The notes below the pieces were generated by a model that worked only from the letters and a program-made list of their open reading frames with translations, searched no databases and was not told where the DNA came from. 64,000 bases of DNA from a virus: positions 32,001 to 96,000 of IMG/VR virus record IMGVR_UViG_3300030117_007673; one strand, given 5' to 3'. This document shows, piece after piece, positions 54,939 through 63,809 of the stretch (positions are counted from its first letter, which is position 1; each line of letters begins with the position of its first letter). The position numbers were made by a program, and so were the translations under genes.

Positions 54939-57623
54939 ATGACAGAACCAGTACCACCAAATGATAAAAAGAAAGTCATACCTGCTTTTTCGGAGCAGTG
55001 TTTTCTTGTGGATTTCATTGACGTTATTTCTGGATGGAAAGGAGTTGCCTTGCCGCAGAAATATAATAATCTTATTTTAACCGATCCAAAAACTCCACAC
55101 TCTGGCCTATTTTTAAACAAACTTCTGTCTACAGCAAACGCACAAGAGTTTTTGGATGACTTACCGAGAGTGGTTGCGTCCGACTTGAAGCCAAACGTTG
55201 AAATCTTCAAGGTGATTGGCGACAGGGAATATAGACTGCCCCTTGCAGGAGCAAGAGATGAACTAGATTTTAGCGAAACTCAACAAGATGCTGTTTCTTT
55301 GAAATCTTTCAACTGGAATTACTTAGGAACGCAGCCCGCAGAAGTTGATTATTTTATTGATTGCAACATGGTGTTGCATTTTGCTAGTGCTGAAGCATTT
55401 TTTAAAGAATATGAGGTTGCCGATAAGGATTCGAATACTAACGCTACAAGAAAAGCTGTTTATTCTTTTAGAGATTTGATTGTCCGTCGACGTACTAATC
55501 AGAAAGATGAGCAACCCGTTGTTGCTGGAAACGAACATTTAGAATACGACCCAAAAGCTTTCAGGATCAAAGCTAAAATTAGCTACAGAGCGGACATTAA
55601 TGCGATGAGAGAAAAATTTGGTGGCAACGCCGCCCGTGCTCAGAAGTTTCGTGATTTCCTGCAAGCCAGTACAGTGGAATTATTCTTAACTCTGAAGAAA
55701 CACACTTTTACTCCTTTATCAAAACAAGTAACTGAAACTTCATTTGATTTATCGATTGATTATAATGGCGCTGTCGAAAATGCATTTTTAATGCCGAAGT
55801 CGAACATACTAATCCCACCATTATCCGGAAAAGAACAAAAAAAAGCTCAAGACGCAAAAAAGAGATTGGAAGAATTGACAATCAGTAAATTAAAGGGTTT
55901 AAGTTTGACGTCTGAACAGGCAGAAAGAGTAAGCAGGCTATCTTTGGAAAAGCTTGAGGGAAATGAGGACATAGACGATCTCGAGGTAAAGGTGTTTGGC
56001 AAGGATTCGACGCAGCTTATCGGAACAAGCGATCAGGAAAAGAAAGCCGAAGCCATTTTAGAATTTTTAAAAGAAAAAGCAGGTCTCGAAAAAGAAGTTC
56101 AAAATGTGATCATGTCTGAGCAAAAACAACTTGATGCTTATGGAAGGGTAATTAGAAAGTTGCACCAGCAAAAAAAGATTTATCATATGAATATAAGAAA
56201 TGATGATTTGTCTAGATGGTTTTCTGCAAGAGCTGATTTTGAACAAGTCAGTCCCGCCAAGCTTGAGATAATGAGAAAAAATGTTAGAAAAAATTGTAAT
56301 CCTCCAGACGGAGGAACTCCTAATAGTGATGAATGTAAAAAAGCCAGAGACGAGCTTGAAGCATTTCTTAAAAAGCGATCAGATTATGGACTTGCGTTAA
56401 GGGATCTGAATGATTTTATACAAGCTGCGGGTCCTCCAGTCCCCGCTGAAAAGAACAACGAACAGAGAGACGACTTAACCAAAAAAGTTAATGAAGCGGA
56501 GAGTCAAACGGAACGTGACGAAGCTATAGATAGTTACAAGAAAGAACTTATAGAAATGGATGCGCCTCTCTCCGATTCTGGAACAAGACCTGTTATGTTC
56601 TTCTATTATGGAGATCTTTTGGACGCTGTTATTGATTTTTTGCAAGAATATCGAACGGAATTGGGCTTAGATATATGGGGAACTGAAAATCCGGAAGGCA
56701 AGCTTAAATTTTTATTAGGAAATATAGAATACAATCATCCAAAAACTAATGAGCCAAGAACTGTTAATTTGGCTAAAGTGCCGATTTCTCTGGAACTGTG
56801 GGATCAGTGGTGGCTAGATCGTGTCATCCGTCCGCAAAGAGAGAATTATCTTTTTAAAGCTTTCCTTCGAGACAGCATGAGCACTTTGGTTAAAAACGCA
56901 TTCACCAACAGGTGTAAGATTCGTGGTCAAGTTCTCAACAAAATCAATGTTAATATAGATCATGTGCCTATTAAAAACTCAGATGTAAGACTTCGTTGTG
57001 ATAAGGGGGTTTGTTATTATACGTATCTGCCTAAAAGCATAACAGAGAAACCTACTAATGAACAACGAGAACGTTCAGGGGTAGATGGAGAGATTGTTTT
57101 CATATATGCTCCCAGCAACAATCCGGGTTATTTACGAGGCGAAAAACAAGAGGATAATAAAAGCGGTATATATCACATCAGCGCTGTTGGTGGAGAAAAT
57201 AAGCCTATTAAATCTATTGATTTCACTAAAACAGATCAACCTTTTTTCTTGGAAGCGAAAGCGGAAAAATCAGGCATATTGGACGATGATATACAGATGA
57301 GCGAACCTTATAATTGTAGTTTTGCAGCATTTGGCCATACTGTTTGGAGACCAGGAAAGTATATATACATGTATTTCCCACTTAGTTGGTTTAGTAAAAA
57401 ACAATCAATGATGTTGGGACTGGGAGGGTATTATTTGATGACTAAAGCTTCGAATTATATACAAAGGACAGGAAAAAGATATACTTGGGATAGTCAAATA
57501 GAGTGTAAATGGGAAACTTTTGCCAACACCAATCCTAAGCCTGTGTCTAACGAACTATCTGATGTCGAAGCACCACCTACACCACCTAAACTTGCCCCTG
57601 CAGAGGTAGATGTCTCGGTGTAG
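54939..57623 (+). CDS. Large baseplate hub-like protein
   Basis: 894 aa after the LysM gene; C-terminal G...PG.YIY...GLGGYY.MTK..N pattern of hub proteins. Confidence 0.5.
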   Translation: MTEPVPPNDKKKVIPAFSEQCFLVDFIDVISGWKGVALPQKYNNLILTDPKTPHSGLFLNKLLSTANAQEFLDDLPRVVASDLKPNVEIFKVIGDREYRLPLAGARDELDFSETQQDAVSLKSFNWNYLGTQPAEVDYFIDCNMVLHFASAEAFFKEYEVADKDSNTNATRKAVYSFRDLIVRRRTNQKDEQPVVAGNEHLEYDPKAFRIKAKISYRADINAMREKFGGNAARAQKFRDFLQASTVELFLTLKKHTFTPLSKQVTETSFDLSIDYNGAVENAFLMPKSNILIPPLSGKEQKKAQDAKKRLEELTISKLKGLSLTSEQAERVSRLSLEKLEGNEDIDDLEVKVFGKDSTQLIGTSDQEKKAEAILEFLKEKAGLEKEVQNVIMSEQKQLDAYGRVIRKLHQQKKIYHMNIRNDDLSRWFSARADFEQVSPAKLEIMRKNVRKNCNPPDGGTPNSDECKKARDELEAFLKKRSDYGLALRDLNDFIQAAGPPVPAEKNNEQRDDLTKKVNEAESQTERDEAIDSYKKELIEMDAPLSDSGTRPVMFFYYGDLLDAVIDFLQEYRTELGLDIWGTENPEGKLKFLLGNIEYNHPKTNEPRTVNLAKVPISLELWDQWWLDRVIRPQRENYLFKAFLRDSMSTLVKNAFTNRCKIRGQVLNKINVNIDHVPIKNSDVRLRCDKGVCYYTYLPKSITEKPTNEQRERSGVDGEIVFIYAPSNNPGYLRGEKQEDNKSGIYHISAVGGENKPIKSIDFTKTDQPFFLEAKAEKSGILDDDIQMSEPYNCSFAAFGHTVWRPGKYIYMYFPLSWFSKKQSMMLGLGGYYLMTKASNYIQRTGKRYTWDSQIECKWETFANTNPKPVSNELSDVEAPPTPPKLAPAEVDVSV

Positions 57624-57657
57624 ACTTTTTTAACTGATATATTCCTAGGAGACGATC

Positions 57658-59025
57658 ATGGCAGAAACACTTTCATTATTTCGAAACAAAAAATTTTATA
57701 AGCAATACTCTTATCCACTGGTGGGTACGAAGGGGGGAAGCTTCCCAAAGCCAATGGATTTTTGGTACGAGAAGACTTTATATGGAAGAGTAGACGAAAG
57801 ACAAAATCCTATTTATATTTCGATGGTTGATACAGCGAGGTTTAAACAAATACACCCTAGTAAACCAATCTTTATTTTAAATTTTGTTGCCGATGCATTC
57901 TTTTCTTTTCAGAGGCATTTTAGAAAAGCGATATCTACTGGGAGGCTAAATAAAAATAGTGTCTTGGTAGATTTAGAAGCTGAAAAAGGCTTTGTAGATA
58001 TGCGAAGTTCTTATGGGGACTACAGGCAAACTGTATCAGATGTCATGGTTGACAGTTTCTTGTCCTTGCCACAGCATAATGATGACATAGAAAATTTTGA
58101 TGATTTTTTGGCCAAGTTTGTTGAATTTGTAAAGAAATATTCTAACCTAATGCCTTTTACCCAATCTGGTTATATCAAGTCGCAATATTGCACTCCTCTA
58201 ATTAGCGGGTTAGTAATCGAGATAGGTAATGAAGATCATACAGATGACACAGTAAAGGAGAGGTGGCTTTCGGATCCTAATTACGAATTTTATGCCAAAG
58301 AATCTAGAAAATTTGGATTCATAGTAGACAAAAACGCACCATGGAGATTGGTTGCAAATATTATGTCGCCAAGAATGCAAAATTTTATGCGTAAGATTGA
58401 CTGGGAAGCTTTGTTGAGAGAAGTTTCAATAATTCAGCCGAATAAAGATTATGGCTCAAAAGCTCTTTTCACTGGGCAGTTATCCGCCGGCGGGAATTAT
58501 ACAGAGTCTCCTAGGAGTTTGTTCAATCATTACTATACCCGCTCTTACAAAACAGATGTACCTGAGATAAAGCAACTGTTGCTTGAAACTTATGAAAAGT
58601 TTTATGATAAATACCCAACATTGAAGAAGATTAAAACAAAAATGTGTTCCGATTTAAACAAAATATCCAGCAAGACGATTGCCAGACCCGAACCGCAGGA
58701 TGTCGCAACTTTGTTGAATACAAGTTCCAATCTTCAATGGACTCAAACATGTTTCGAGATCAGGCTTATAGAGGAAAAAAGAAATATAAATGATAGAGCT
58801 TTTGAACGCATAATGACAACCTTTAAAACATTGTCTGCTCAAGAGGAGAAAAATAAGGTTGACAAAGGTTTCCCATTGTGGTATCTTAATCAAGCAGTGA
58901 AAGGTTTTCCCAAGCTTGTTTTCCCAGTTACCGCAATCGAGCTTATGCCTACTTTCGCTAATCCGATTATTTTTAAGCCTTTCACCCCTATTAGTATTCC
59001 CGAGATGGCACCAAAAGAAGTTTAA
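57658..59025 (+). CDS. Hypothetical protein
   Basis: 455 aa, SD AGGAGA; LYGRVD, FVADAF, FGFIVDKNAPWRLVA. Confidence 0.6.
   Translation: MAETLSLFRNKKFYKQYSYPLVGTKGGSFPKPMDFWYEKTLYGRVDERQNPIYISMVDTARFKQIHPSKPIFILNFVADAFFSFQRHFRKAISTGRLNKNSVLVDLEAEKGFVDMRSSYGDYRQTVSDVMVDSFLSLPQHNDDIENFDDFLAKFVEFVKKYSNLMPFTQSGYIKSQYCTPLISGLVIEIGNEDHTDDTVKERWLSDPNYEFYAKESRKFGFIVDKNAPWRLVANIMSPRMQNFMRKIDWEALLREVSIIQPNKDYGSKALFTGQLSAGGNYTESPRSLFNHYYTRSYKTDVPEIKQLLLETYEKFYDKYPTLKKIKTKMCSDLNKISSKTIARPEPQDVATLLNTSSNLQWTQTCFEIRLIEEKRNINDRAFERIMTTFKTLSAQEEKNKVDKGFPLWYLNQAVKGFPKLVFPVTAIELMPTFANPIIFKPFTPISIPEMAPKEV
58859..58887 (+). promoter_or_regulatory. Sigma70-type promoter inside 57658..59025, upstream of the PolA-like gene
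   Basis: TTGACA(58859)-17 nt-TATCTT(58882) with TG extended -10. Confidence 0.55.
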
Positions 59026-59028
59026 AAA

Positions 59029-60228
59029 TTGTTATTTCAAACATTAGACAATAAACATAAATGCATAGGAGTATATTATGACGGAAATCTTTACTTCAAT
59101 AATGACCTTCCTGAAGGAATTAGTGAGACGTGGAGCTATGCATCTTTCCTCTCAGATAGAGAGGTTAGATACGGCCATCTGCAGTGCGCTGGTAAGTCTC
59201 TTGATGATGTTTGCCCCGATAATCTAAAAGATGACTGGGAAGAGATCAATAAAAAACTAAAAGCATATATGAGATCTCTTTTTATATCAAAAGTGTCTTT
59301 AGATGACAATTGCTTTTACGACCTAGTGCCGGAAAAGTTTTTATTGGAATTCTGTGAAATAAAAAACAAGATCACAAAACACGTTTTTCAAAATTTTTTG
59401 CCGCCCAAAAATTTGAGATTTTTGACTTTATTAACAAAGGTAGTCGAAGACATAAATCAGCAAAAACTCAATATCGACATTGACGAATTCAAGCCACATC
59501 TTGCTGAGTATAAGGCGAGACAATGGAGAAAGAAAATTGAAAAGCTAGAGCCTTATATCAGGTATGACATATTTGGTACAAAAACAGGAAGATTGACAAC
59601 AAAGAAATATAGTTTTCCAATTCTTACTTTTCCGAAAAAATATCGTTCTATTGTTAAGCCAAATAACGACTTATTTGTCGAGCTGGATTATAACGGCGCA
59701 GAGTTGAGAACTTTGTTGGCTTTATCAGACAAGAAACAACCAACGATGGACATTCATGAGTGGAACAGACGTTATTTGCCGGGGAAAAAGATTTCATCAC
59801 GGCAAGAGGTTAAAAATTCTATTTTTGCTTGGCTGTACAATTCTAAAAAACACCCAAATGAAGAACTGTTGAGAAAAATGTATGACAAGGACAAAGTTTT
59901 GAATGACTATTGGGATGGTGAGATGGTCCGAACTTGCTTCAATAGAGAGATACCAGCCGATAAACATCATGCGTTGAACTACATTATTCAGAGCACCTGC
60001 GCGGATCTTATTTTGCAAAAAACGATTAAGATTTATGATATATTAAAAGATAGGAAATCTAATATTGCCTTTTGTGTGCATGACAGCATAGTTATTGACT
60101 TGCACGCAGATGATAAACACCTTATGAAAGATATTATAGATGAATTCGCAAGCACTAGATTTGGAAGGTTCAAAACAAGCGTTAAGACTGGAAAAGATTT
60201 TGGAAACTTGAAGGAGCTTATATCGTAA
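59029..60228 (+). CDS. Short family A DNA polymerase-like protein (no exonuclease domain evident)
   Basis: TKTGRLT, motif A LDYNGAELR, DIH, motif B RQEVKNSIFAWLY, LNYIIQST.AD, motif C VHDS. Confidence 0.85.
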   Translation: MLFQTLDNKHKCIGVYYDGNLYFNNDLPEGISETWSYASFLSDREVRYGHLQCAGKSLDDVCPDNLKDDWEEINKKLKAYMRSLFISKVSLDDNCFYDLVPEKFLLEFCEIKNKITKHVFQNFLPPKNLRFLTLLTKVVEDINQQKLNIDIDEFKPHLAEYKARQWRKKIEKLEPYIRYDIFGTKTGRLTTKKYSFPILTFPKKYRSIVKPNNDLFVELDYNGAELRTLLALSDKKQPTMDIHEWNRRYLPGKKISSRQEVKNSIFAWLYNSKKHPNEELLRKMYDKDKVLNDYWDGEMVRTCFNREIPADKHHALNYIIQSTCADLILQKTIKIYDILKDRKSNIAFCVHDSIVIDLHADDKHLMKDIIDEFASTRFGRFKTSVKTGKDFGNLKELIS

Positions 60229-61073
60229 TGGACACTGTGATTGGGTTGGGTCAAGCAGGCTGTAATATTGCTGATGAGTTTGCAAAATATGACCAATATA
60301 AAATATTCAAGATTGATTGTGGTTTGGAAGGGTTACAACAAGAAGGGGTATATGATATGCCATGGCAGGACAGCCCGGAGAGATATGAGGAAAAATGTCC
60401 GGATTTAAGTAAATTTTTTAAAGATGTGACAGGCGAGGTGCTTTTTGTTTTAGGAGGCTCCGGTAATATTTCTGGAGCGGCTCTTTCTATATTAAAACAC
60501 CTGAAACATTGCGATATAAATATATTGTATATTAGGCCCGATTTAGAGTCGATTACAGTAACTAAAGTAAGGCAAGAGTGGGTTGTTTTCAATATTCTTC
60601 AGGAATACGCCAGATCCGGAGTCTTCAAAAGAATTTATCTAGTCGACAATTCAAAGGTGGAAGAATACTTAGGAGATGTTCCTGTAATAGGGTATTATGA
60701 AAGACTAAACAATATGATCGCATCAACGCTTCACATGATCAATGTGTACGACCATATTGAGCCAGTTGTCGATACTTTCTCCAGGCCATTGTCTGGTCGA
60801 AGAGTTTCAACAATTGGATTTTATGATGAAAAAAATAATGAAAATAAATTATTTTATTTACTTGACAATGTTGGCGAAATGCGCTATTATTATGCTATCA
60901 ATAAAGAAAAGTTAGAAACTGATGGAGATATTTTGAAGAAAATTAGAGAACAGATTAAGAGCGAAGTAGAGACAAGTTACGGCATATTCTCAACCAATTA
61001 TGACCAAGATTATGTCTACACAGTTGCACACTCGTCAGATATTCAACAACAAAAAAGCGAAAAAAACGCTTGA
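60228..61073 (+). CDS. Tubulin/FtsZ-family (PhuZ-like) protein
   Basis: VIGLGQAGCNIA (T1 loop), GGSGNISGA (degenerate T4 loop), IRP, LVDN, LNN. Confidence 0.75.
   Translation: MDTVIGLGQAGCNIADEFAKYDQYKIFKIDCGLEGLQQEGVYDMPWQDSPERYEEKCPDLSKFFKDVTGEVLFVLGGSGNISGAALSILKHLKHCDINILYIRPDLESITVTKVRQEWVVFNILQEYARSGVFKRIYLVDNSKVEEYLGDVPVIGYYERLNNMIASTLHMINVYDHIEPVVDTFSRPLSGRRVSTIGFYDEKNNENKLFYLLDNVGEMRYYYAINKEKLETDGDILKKIREQIKSEVETSYGIFSTNYDQDYVYTVAHSSDIQQQKSEKNA
60862..60890 (+). promoter_or_regulatory. Sigma70-type promoter inside the tubulin gene
   Basis: TTGACA(60862)-17 nt-TATTAT(60885). Confidence 0.5.
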
Positions 61074-61098
61074 CAAACAGAATTCATTGTGTTATGAT
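61070..61098 (+). promoter_or_regulatory. Sigma70-type promoter for the SSB gene
   Basis: A-rich UP element, TTGACA(61070)-17 nt-TATGAT(61093), TG extended -10. Confidence 0.78.
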
Positions 61099-61157
61099 GG
61101 ATACAGCAGAATAAGAGATTAGTTATTCTGACTTTACTCAAAAATAAGGAGAAAAAC

Positions 61158-61898
61158 ATGGGTATTGATATGGAAAAAATGCGCGCCAGACGGCAAGCGC
61201 TAGATAACAAAAATGGCAATGGGCGAGAGAACTTTTGGCGTCCCCAAGATGGGGAGACAACGGTTCGAATCGTTCCTACAGCTGACGGCGATCCTTTTAA
61301 GGATTTCTGGTTTCATTACAACGTTGGTAATGCACCAGGATTCCTAAGTCCAAAGAAGAACTTTGGAGAAGAGGATGCACTTGATTCTTTTGTTCGTAAG
61401 CTCTATAAGGAGGGTACGGAGGAGAGTATTAAGATGGCCAAATCTTTGTCTGCTAGACAGCGCTTCTTTGCCCCCGTGGTAGTTCGCGGAGAAGAAGATA
61501 AGGGCGTGCGTATTTGGGGCTTTGGCAAGATGGCTTATGAAAAGCTGCTAAATCTTGTTCTTAACCCTGAATATGGCGATATTACAGATTCTGAAACAGG
61601 AACAGATCTTGTAATTCGCTATGGCAAACCGGCAGGGGCTTCTTTCCCTCAAACGGAGATTACCCCTCGCCGCCGGCCCTCACCTTTGTGCGAGGATGAA
61701 TCACAATGTGCGGAATGGTTGGACACTATTCCAAACCTTGATGAACTCTTTGAGCGCAAAAGCCCAGGAGAGGTCGAAGCTATTCTTGATGAATATTTAT
61801 CGGGTAATGTCGATGATAATTCTTCTGATAACGTAGAGAAATATAATGCCGAATCTGGAGATTCGGTAGATAAGGCTTTTTCCGAGCTTCTATCGTAA
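61158..61898 (+). CDS. gp32: Single-stranded DNA-binding protein (T4 gp32-like)
   Basis: FWRP..G..TVRIVP, PF...HY, GVRIWGFGK, DITD..TG.DL, acidic C-terminus DKAFSELL. Confidence 0.9.
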   Translation: MGIDMEKMRARRQALDNKNGNGRENFWRPQDGETTVRIVPTADGDPFKDFWFHYNVGNAPGFLSPKKNFGEEDALDSFVRKLYKEGTEESIKMAKSLSARQRFFAPVVVRGEEDKGVRIWGFGKMAYEKLLNLVLNPEYGDITDSETGTDLVIRYGKPAGASFPQTEITPRRRPSPLCEDESQCAEWLDTIPNLDELFERKSPGEVEAILDEYLSGNVDDNSSDNVEKYNAESGDSVDKAFSELLS

Positions 61899-61900
61899 GT

Positions 61901-61941
61901 TCTCTCTCACCCGCAGGGAGGCACGGGGCTACAGGTGTCTC
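61901..61941 (+). other. GC-rich structured element after the SSB stop (hairpin or possible pseudoknot)
   Basis: GAGGCAC(61918-24) pairs with GTGTCTC(61935-41); upstream CCC(61910-12) can pair with loop GGG. Confidence 0.45.
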
Positions 61942-61965
61942 AAATATTTAAAGGAGGTTAAAATA

Positions 61966-62259
61966 ATGAAAATTTATACTACTATTTTACTAACGATGTT
62001 TATCGGTGCATGCACTGGTAATACAAGCGTTGTCGAGAAGCCAGCTGGCGCTCAACTAGACCAGAAATATGAAGTGGAAGGTCAATCTGGCAGCTCTGTT
62101 GGGATTTCTCCCGAGTTGGAGGAAAAGATACAGAAGGCAATTAAAGAAAGAGCACCTAAAAGTGCTAATTCGTCAGAAGTTGTTCCAACAGTTGTTGTAA
62201 CACCTGAAGTCGAACCTGATGTTGAAACATCAGTTACCAAAGTCCCAGAAAAGGAGTAA
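61966..62259 (+). CDS. Predicted lipoprotein
   Basis: MKIYTTILLTMFIGA-C lipobox; SD AAGGAGG. Confidence 0.65.
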   Translation: MKIYTTILLTMFIGACTGNTSVVEKPAGAQLDQKYEVEGQSGSSVGISPELEEKIQKAIKERAPKSANSSEVVPTVVVTPEVEPDVETSVTKVPEKE

Positions 62260-62271
62260 TAGGATTTAATT

Positions 62272-63441
62272 ATGGCGAGAAAAGCAAAAAATAAAGCAGG
62301 CAAACTTTCTATGTCAGATATGCGTAGCCTTATCAACAAAAAGGCGGGGATGTCTGTTGCACACGATTTAACTAATAATAACCCAACAGAGGTGAAGGAT
62401 TGGATTCCAACCGGATCTCGATGGCTGGATTCTATTATTTGTCGTGGAAAGCTCACCGGTATTCCAGTAGGGAAAGTTGTTGAAATCGCTGGTTTGGAAG
62501 CGACAGGGAAGTCTTACATGGCTGCTCAGGTCGCTGCAAATGCCCAGAAGATGGGTGTTGATGTAATCTATTTTGATTCTGAATCAGCAATCGATCCAAC
62601 TTTCTTGGAAAGAACCGGATGTGACCTAGAAAACTTGCTTTATATTCAAGCTCAGAGCGTTGAGTTCGTGCTTGAAACAATTGAAGATCTTCTCGCTAAT
62701 AATGATAATCGTATGCTCTTTATTTGGGACAGTCTTGCTCTGACTCCATCCGTTAGTGATGTCGAAGGCGATTTCAACCCTCTCTCATCAATGGCCGTAA
62801 AGGCCAGAATACTCGCCAAGGGAATGTCCAAACTAACTGTTCCGATTGCGAATAGTCAGTCTACATTCTTAGTTCTTAATCAACTTAAGACAAACATCAC
62901 TAGAAGCCCCTCTGAGGCTATGGTTGAGCCTTATATGACGCCTGGTGGAAAAGCCATGATCTATGCGTACTCTCTCCGTATTTGGCTTACAGGAAGAAAA
63001 TCAAAGGCCAGCTATGTCCTCGACGAAAGAGGGTTTAGGGTGGGGTCAGAGGTCAAGGCTACTCTCAAAAAGAGTCGCTTTGGCACCCAAGGAAGACAAG
63101 CAAGTTTTAAAATTTTATGGGGAGAACAAATCGGTGTTCAAGATGAAGAGAGTTGGTTCGAAGCAATCAAGGGATCAGAACATCTTAAACAAAGTGGAGC
63201 GTGGTATACGCTTCTATATAAAGATGGCTCAGAAGATAAGTTTCAGCCATCAAAATGGAAAAATATGTTGACAAACGAGAAGTTTCGTGATAGAGTATTA
63301 GATATAATGGATGAAGAGGTCATCCTTAAATTTGATAAACGACAAGGCGAAGCAGCAGACTTTTATGATATTGAAAACGAAGATAACGAAGAAAACACGC
63401 AGCTATCTGTCGTTGGCCAAGAGGATGGCTCTGCAGAGTGA
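62272..63441 (+). CDS. uvsX: RecA/UvsX recombinase
   Basis: IPTGSRWLD, GLEATGKS (Walker A), FDSE, IWDSL, LNQ, TPGGKA, KKSRF. Confidence 0.95.
   Translation: MARKAKNKAGKLSMSDMRSLINKKAGMSVAHDLTNNNPTEVKDWIPTGSRWLDSIICRGKLTGIPVGKVVEIAGLEATGKSYMAAQVAANAQKMGVDVIYFDSESAIDPTFLERTGCDLENLLYIQAQSVEFVLETIEDLLANNDNRMLFIWDSLALTPSVSDVEGDFNPLSSMAVKARILAKGMSKLTVPIANSQSTFLVLNQLKTNITRSPSEAMVEPYMTPGGKAMIYAYSLRIWLTGRKSKASYVLDERGFRVGSEVKATLKKSRFGTQGRQASFKILWGEQIGVQDEESWFEAIKGSEHLKQSGAWYTLLYKDGSEDKFQPSKWKNMLTNEKFRDRVLDIMDEEVILKFDKRQGEAADFYDIENEDNEENTQLSVVGQEDGSAE
63268..63296 (+). promoter_or_regulatory. Sigma70-type promoter inside uvsX, upstream of the deaminase
   Basis: TTGACA(63268)-17 nt-TAGAGT(63291), TG extended -10. 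Confidence 0.45.
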
Positions 63442-63772
63442 TTCTGGCCGAGCCTGCCACGGAGCAGTCCTTGTCAGGGGTGGCAAAATCATAAACGCTG
63501 GACATAACAAGTGGGCATATTCGTCCTTCGGAAAAAGATTCAGACACAGAGATAAAGGCATCTCAACGTTGCACGCAGAACTAGCAACAGTGCTCAACTT
63601 AGATCGTTCTATTACACAGGGGGCAGACATATATGTTGTCAGAGTAAACAGCAAGGGTAAGTTCAAGATGAGCAAGCCTTGCCCAATGTGCGAGACAGCG
63701 CTTAAACATGTCGGAATAAAAAGAGTATACTATACAACAGATAACGGAGACTTGGAGTATTACAAACTATGA
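63311..63772 (+). CDS. Zn-dependent cytidine/dCMP deaminase-family protein (start may be 63365)
   Basis: HGAVLV..G.II..GHN, LHAE, SKPCPMC. Confidence 0.88.
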   Translation: MKRSSLNLINDKAKQQTFMILKTKITKKTRSYLSLAKRMALQSDSGRACHGAVLVRGGKIINAGHNKWAYSSFGKRFRHRDKGISTLHAELATVLNLDRSITQGADIYVVRVNSKGKFKMSKPCPMCETALKHVGIKRVYYTTDNGDLEYYKL

Positions 63773-63809
63773 ATATGTTCGCAATTGAAAAGGAGTGTCA
63801 GGTTATCTA

